Source of the DNA: Octopus vulgaris
Taxonomy: Eukaryota
DNA: 64,000 nucleotides
NCBI GenBank assembly: GCA_951406725.2
Contig: OX597819.1
Coordinates: forward strand, 2,418,001-2,482,000
Direction: 5' to 3'
A program made the position numbers and the translations under genes. Below the pieces are notes generated by a model. That model was not told the origin of the DNA and made no database searches. It was given only the letters and a program-made list of their open reading frames with translations. Shown here piece by piece: positions 57,079 to 64,000 of the stretch; positions within the stretch are counted from its first letter, which is position 1, and each line of letters starts with the position of its first letter.

Positions 57079-58412
57079 GTAAATCAACACTTTTTCTTTG
57101 TTCTTTTTTATCTCTCCCGTATCTACCAAATAATCTGTTACATTTACTATAAACTGCTTCAGTTGCGTTGAGCTGATGAGAGATTTTTTTTGTTTTCTGA
57201 CTTGGCCATATGTCTATCAGGAAAAACGATTTTCCGCACGACGTATTGAATTCGGTAGTTGCGAGCTTCCGTCAGTTTTAGCGCAAAGTCAATGCATACT
57301 TTTAGCAGGAAATTATGCCACCACTCTGGTTCCACATACTTGGTGTGATGCACACTTGGTTACAAGGAATTTAGCGTATTTTACAGGCGCATCTCAACAC
57401 AGACGAGGCTACGGTGACAAGGTACGAATTGCATCGTGCTGTCTTTTAGTCATCAATCCAATACTGTTCTCTGGAAATCCTTGAACTTCATGGCATCTAA
57501 TGTATTGTATTACTTGAAATATATACTTTATGACAAAGTTTTATGGTAGTTAACTTATTAATCAATATATGTCTGTAGGGTACATTCCATATAATGGTAC
57601 AATGGTGATATTACGTCCCTGTTCAATGTGATCGACAGAACCATTTAGTACGTTGGACAAAATACTTTCGTGTTATTTCTTCCAGGCTCGTTACATCTTT
57701 AGTTCAAATCACGTCAAGTTCAATTTTACATTTCCTTTTTCCGGACTATTTAAAATAAAATGTCAAGCACGTACTTTACTTTCTCCTAAAACGTTTAGCC
57801 TTGTGTGAGAAATCGTTATTATACCCCTAGTTACTTCAGAATGTTTACGGGTTCTTAGTTATTAAAGACCTTTCCACTCTCCTGCTATGTCAAATACGAA
57901 CTAAGATTGACTTTAAGAACATCAACCAAAGGAGACTGATAAATAAATAAACGTATATATACATTTTAAAAAATCGAATTAAACATTTTTAAATAAGATG
58001 TTGCTTCCCTTCCAAGCATGACCTCCACCCCCACCCCATCCAATAACTATACTTATTTATATATAGTTATTCGTTCAAAAACAAAATGAAATACACATCA
58101 TTAGTAAAACAGTTGTCAAATATAATAATTAATCCTCATATAGCATATGAACTTCAGCAACATCACTCAGGTGTTAGAATTATCTAGATCCTAAATTATT
58201 GAGAAATTCTTTCGAATTTACTTATACAATTTCGTGAATATATAAATGCAATACGGAATATTTTGCACTGCAAGATGAATCCGTAACCAAAATAATAAGC
58301 TTTTTACAGACTTCAATGATCTTTATTTAATCTAAAACTGATTTCGTCAATTTTTCAACATTCTTGTTTCAGATCTTAATTTATAAGATTTCGTATTTGT
58401 ACTATGTTTTAG

Positions 58413-58538
58413 ATCGGAATATGGACGCCAGATAAGAATTCTTCTCGAGAAAGGCTGACATTCATTGAAACAAACAACAGTGATTCCATTCGTTCGAAGG
58501 GCTTGTTTGCCAAAACACAGATTATAATGGCTGTAGAG
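58413..58538 (+). CDS. iGluR-family gene, exon 8 (ATD-S1 linker)
   Basis: ttttag|IGIWTPDK...QIIMAVE|gtacgt; IG.W motif. Confidence 0.88.
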
Positions 58539-58712
58539 GTACGTTTATCTTATGTGGAAAGATAGAATTTCGTGACCTATGATACTCTATGTCTAATGAC
58601 CTGTTGCATATTTAAGAAAATCTCGTAATAGATAAACGTCTATAGTCGACGAAAACTATTATAACTAATCAGAACTTCAGTGTTAATATTTAATTTGCTA
58701 TTTTTATTGTAG

Positions 58713-58895
58713 GAGCGACCGTTTGTATTCAAAACAAATGGAACAAATGGAAATTATACCGGATTTACAATTGATTTGATAAATGAGTTAAAACGCCGGT
58801 TATCGTTTAAATACGAATTAAAGATCGTCGATTCTTATGGAATAAAGGATTCAGATGGTAATTGGAATGGAATGATTGAAGCCATCAGAACAAAT
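58713..58895 (+). CDS. iGluR-family gene, exon 9 (S1 ligand-binding lobe)
   Basis: ERPFV...YTGFTIDLINEL...SYG...GNWNGMI; canonical splice sites. Confidence 0.93.
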
Positions 58896-59719
58896 GTTAG
58901 TATCTTATTTCTCTTACCCCTTTACTTAATAGAGGCAACATAACCAGCTCACCAGTTTAAATTTACCTGCGGTATTTTTTAAAACCTAAAGTTAATTGCT
59001 AGGAAATTTATTTTAAAAATCATTCGTATTTTTACTTTATCAGCATTATCGAAAAGTCTGTATGTTCTATCACCGAAATTAATTAATGACTACATTTAAC
59101 CAGTTCTTCGGCTATGACCCATAACCGGTCATCTCGGTTTGCCAAAAAATAATCTTGACAAAAATTCCTGAGTGTGATCACTAATTGCTTGCTTCTTTCT
59201 CTGAGAGCCCTTGCAGACAACCCAGAGCCGAATGAACGTGAAATTGTCGTCTACAAGATACAAGCCGTGCGATTCAAATGTTATTTCGTTATTTTGTAAT
59301 ATTAATCGCTCAAACATAATTTGAAATAAGCGATCAGAAAATAGCAGATCGGTGATTCAAAGCTACATTTCAAATCTACTTCAACCTTCATGTATATTCC
59401 TACAACTTTACATGCAACTTTTTTTATGTTAATAGCATAAATATGTCTTATTAAGAACTAATATCCAAATGATATTTTGGTTGGAATTCCAGATATTTCG
59501 GGCTATTTTCCCTCGAAATCTCACACGAGTAAAGAAAATCACGAAAATGCGATTTCATGTCAAATTGTTAATGCAAATCAATGTAAATTCAACGAAACGT
59601 ATTAAGTGCTCTTTTTTTTTTCGTTCGTATACACCCACACACACTCACACATTCACACATGCACACGTACACACACGCACACACAAGCACACACACGTAC
59701 ACACACACACACACACACG

Positions 59720-59783
<64 letters not shown>

Positions 59784-59867
59784 ATTTGTCTATTTTATCG
59801 GTTGTGGTCATATGTAGTCATGTAAAATTGTAAGAAGAATAAGGAATATTTTTGTTTATATTTGTAG

Positions 59868-60658
59868 CAAGCTGACCTCGGAGTTGGGGCTTTATCAGTG
59901 ACATCTGAACGAGATAAAGTTGTTGATTTTAGCCTTGGAATAATGACAACTGGTATAACCATACTTATCAATAGGCCACGAGGAACTCAGCACATTTTCC
60001 AGTTTCTTGTGTCCTTCTCAACACATTTATGGATGGCAATATTCGGCACGGTGGTTGGCGTGAGCATTTTGTTTATTATACTTGATTATCCTAATCAAGA
60101 ACGTAAGTTTACAGTTAAAGAGACACTGTGGTTCTCAATTGGCACACTCATGACAAGAGGGACCGATTTTTCACCAAATCGAACTTCACAACGAATTCTA
60201 ACAGCGGGTTACACTTTCTTCGTTTTAGTCATTGTTTCTACTTACACAGCGAATTTAGCTGCTTTCCTTACGATGCCGAGTTTGGAAAAACCTATAAACT
60301 CTCTGGAAGATCTCGAAGTATCTTCTATGCCATGGGGCACAGTAAAAGACTCTAATACAATGTCAGTAATACGTAATATGTACCCTAGGCTCTATGACCG
60401 AATGGAGGAGAAAGGGGTATTTTTGAATGCAACTGCTGCGATCGAAACCGTCAACAGTTCCGTCTTTGCGTTTGTCTTCGACTACCAAATTATTTCTCAT
60501 GCTTCGATGACTTATTGTGATACTCTCAAAGTTGGTACACCTGTATTCATTATGGAACATGGTATTGCTATGAAAGAAAATGCTCTCTACAAGACAAAAA
60601 TTAATATTGAACTCTTAAAAATGAAGGAAGAAGGACTGATCGAGAAAATGAACAAGCG
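59868..60658 (+). CDS. iGluR-family gene, exon 10 (S1 end, M1, pore loop, M3, S2)
   Basis: QADLGVGALSVTSERDKVVDFS, LWFSIGTLMTRG, STYTANLAAFLT, PINSLEDL, WGTVKDS, FAFVFD, HGIAM; donor CG|gtaagt (phase 2). Confidence 0.96.
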
Positions 60659-61453
60659 GTAAGTAAAGCCGATCGAATGGCATCGCCAGTTAAGAGTGAG
60701 AGTCTGCCTGAACGGACAATTGAACAGTTGAATGGTCGGAGGAAGGATTTAGAGATAGACAATGAGTTGAATACTCGCGTAAACAATATTTAGGATATAA
60801 ATATTTACCTATTACGTTTTTGGCATGTATAGTTAAGCCAACCTTGGATGATGTTCATTTAGTCAACTCAAAACAAATTTAAGAAAAATATCATTACAGA
60901 AAAAAATAACTTCGGTTTACCGGTAATAGGATTTGTAGTCACTCTGTTAACTTAGTTCATTTTTTAGATAATAGTTTAGTTGGTGTTAGCATACCTAATG
61001 CTGCGAGCATCAAATCTCAACAAGAAACTGTTATTAGTAGAAGTCACTAATATTATCATATTTCGGAAAATACATGAGATAAATCTAGGCGTATTTCAGT
61101 ATTATTCTAATAATACCCTCTGTGAAGCATAGGGTTCACCGCACTTGCTTATGTAGTTATAAGAGGTCCTTTAAGTAAATGTACAATACTGCACACATGT
61201 ATGTCTGAAAAGGTAAAAACTCAAAGAATAAATTATTCTAAGTCGTTATCTGACCGAAAAACCACGGCTAAATTAGTATTAGCATAATTAATGCTGAGAA
61301 CATTAAAATTCCACAAAGGGCCCTCTGTTTGCGCGCACGTGCGTGTGTGTGTGTGTGTTAAACATTGTTGCTTAACTTCGTGTTTTGAAAGTACCGAACT
61401 TATTAATTCTACCTGAAAGAAAATGTTTCAATATTTTATTCTTTTCCTTTCAG

Positions 61454-61682
61454 GTGGTGGCAGGATCTTAATCGATGTCATAAAAAATCAGATAAATTGC
61501 GTTTGGAACAATTTGATGTAGGCCACGTTGCTGGTGCCTTTATCATGCTTTGTGGGGGGCTTGTATGTGCCACAGCATTTTTTCTCTTCAAGAAGTTTTA
61601 TCTAAAATCGAAGGTTTTAATAGCGCAACAAGGAATCATGGTCGGTAAAAACAGAGTGTTTTTAAGCAAAGTACCGAAGTAA
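61454..61682 (+). CDS. iGluR-family gene, exon 11 (S2 end, M4, short C-tail)
   Basis: cctttcag|G completes KR-WW; ...C...VAGAFIMLCGGLVCATAFF (M4); stop TAA at 61680-61682 unless an internal donor is used. Confidence 0.88.
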
Positions 61683-62168
61683 AACTGAACACAAAAGAAT
61701 TATCCGCACATATTTAAACAAACATTCAGTGAAACCCTGAATAATTTCAGTTATTTTTCTGATTTATTTTATTATCCAGTAATTCATTTTACCCCCACTA
61801 TTAAAAAGGCATAGTCACACGTTAGACTGGATAGAAGCTGATGTCGCTTCAGTTAATTAACTTTTTTATTTGTGTATTAATACAATAGTTACTACACACC
61901 TACCTATATTTCGTGACACGCTCCAAACTATGGAACGCAATCGAAGACATAATCTGATAGATATCATTTATATTTCCATGAGACTAAGTATTTTAAAATT
62001 GGTCTTTTCCCGATTATTGGAATGCCTTCAAGGATTTAGCCAGTAATTATTTTTAAGTTTGGTACTTATTTCATCAATGTGTATATGTCGAACGTCACCT
62101 TATGATGCCTCAACAACATATGCTAATTCAAACGGCATAAACATATGAACACTCACACATACAAACCT

Positions 62169-62273
<105 letters not shown>

Positions 62274-64000
62274 TATATGCGCACACATGCATGCATGCTT
62301 ACATACATGCATACATACAATGAGATTTCAAGCTGTTTTTAATCTAACAAATTTCGCATAAATTATTTATCTACTCGACATTATAGTAGAAAACACTTGC
62401 CCGAGTTGCTATGCGGTGGGACCAAACCAAAAACAACAAGGTTAAGAAGCAAACTTTTTAGTTATGCCGCCATCCCTACTTGTGTATAAGTGATATGATT
62501 CTGTAGAATCATCAGCTCAGTGAAGCAGCTAATGTATTTCGTTCGTTGTGACTCTGTTCAAATCTAGCCGTAGGAACTTTTCTCTGATATGAAAATATGG
62601 ATGTAATGCAGCTTATTAAAGTTTTACGAATGTAGTTTTCCAATAGCAGAATAATTTCATAGATAGTTTATGTCTTCGATTTTATTCCATAGTAATGATA
62701 ACATCATTCAAGGTAGGAGTAGCCAATGTATAACAAGGAATAGTGCTTTCAGAAATGTTGTCATCTAAGACTGCACATTCTGTACTACTTGTGTGGTTTT
62801 TTATACCGTCTAAGAAATACACAATTTCTAAAGAAATTGTGTATTTCAATATATAATTTCAAAAGAAACAATGTATGTATTCCATTGTTCTTTATACACT
62901 TCCACCTATCTAATGGTTTTCAAAACAACCGTGGAATTTCCACGGGTGCAGTTAGTTATATATTAATTAAATGTTTCTAACTAGATGTGTAATACACATC
63001 GTAGCTTCTTTCATCCATCAAATAACTTCAAAATATAAATATAAATCAATTAAAACTTACTGAACAAAAGACATCAACTTCTTCACAAAGCATTTTGAAC
63101 CAGTGACTGAATTGATATAATAAAGATGGTGATTTTAGAATGAATTAGAATACAATGTTTGCTTTTTCTGGTGGCTTACATTGATATTCGGAATTTCTAT
63201 ATTTCTGCATACATCTAACAATCAATTCTTTAACATTCAAGATTAATATATATTTTTAGAGACAGCCCTAAGTTAATGCTTACTTGAAATTGTTGTAGTT
63301 CTTGCCATCCGATATATGTATAAGATAATACATGGTATTTTATCAATCGTGAAATACGATATTTATACCACACGTAACTGAAAATTTTACGTTTGAAATA
63401 TGTATATATTTGTTTTCTACAAATAACTTTCTATAAAAAAAAGTGAATGATTGTCAGAAATTGGAAAACGATACACTGCAAATAATCACAGCTTAACAGA
63501 ATAGCTCTATCGAAAGACGCTTGCTACACATGTTCAAGATTGATTTCTATGATCACTTAAGATGTGATATCCAGCCAATATACATTACATTATGATGTCA
63601 AGGATTTTTAATAGGATATTAGCTTAGACGATAATATCAATCAAATGTTATTGACAGCATATGACTGAATGGAGAAGCGACGATTACTATTTAAAGTGTA
63701 TTTTGCTTAATAGTGTTTTTAATAATCAATTATATCCTAGTAACTATTTTAGCATATTTAAATTAATATTAATTATATCACTATAACTCGTCCGTTGTAA
63801 CATGTTGTTATACTGACATCGCGTATTTCAATAAATGCATACATATGTAAGTAATACATATAAGATGATGACTGTTCCATCATATCAGACAATAGGCATC
63901 TCATATGACACATCTATGTATCATTAGAATGATTAAACACAAGCTGATTAAACTAAAAAAAAAACACCAATAAATTTACGGATTTGAATTTAGAATTTTC

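Noticed and set aside
61612-61645. Alternative donors (AAG|gtttta, ATG|gtcggt) that could extend the C-tail
   Set aside because: Weak donor consensus and no matching downstream exon identified in the window; cannot be excluded without cDNA.

Overview
Eukaryotic, AT-rich, microsatellite- and SINE-dense DNA. The SINE families and (TA)n/(TAA)n content look like a coleoid cephalopod, most likely Octopus (recognition from memory, not a search). The one host gene I can support is an 11-coding-exon, + strand ionotropic glutamate receptor (iGluR) family gene, ATG 26365 to stop 61682. It splices by hand with GT-AG junctions into one open frame of about 832 aa. It is divergent: pore loop MTRG instead of MQQG, and a delta/glycine-like agonist pocket. 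The rest is transposon debris: R4/Dong-like LINE fragments in (TAA)n arrays, a Merlin/IS1595-like relic, Penelope-like elements (PLEs) in (TA)n, two non-autonomous Helitrons, a full-length dead mariner, a deleted Tc1-like element and two SINE families. The most interesting non-genic signal is a set of minimal type-I hammerhead-ribozyme motifs with palindromic stem III, one with an intact core (17565-17601, minus). Several lie in PLE-derived or inverted-repeat-bounded elements. There are also long fold-back structures that could form dsRNA.
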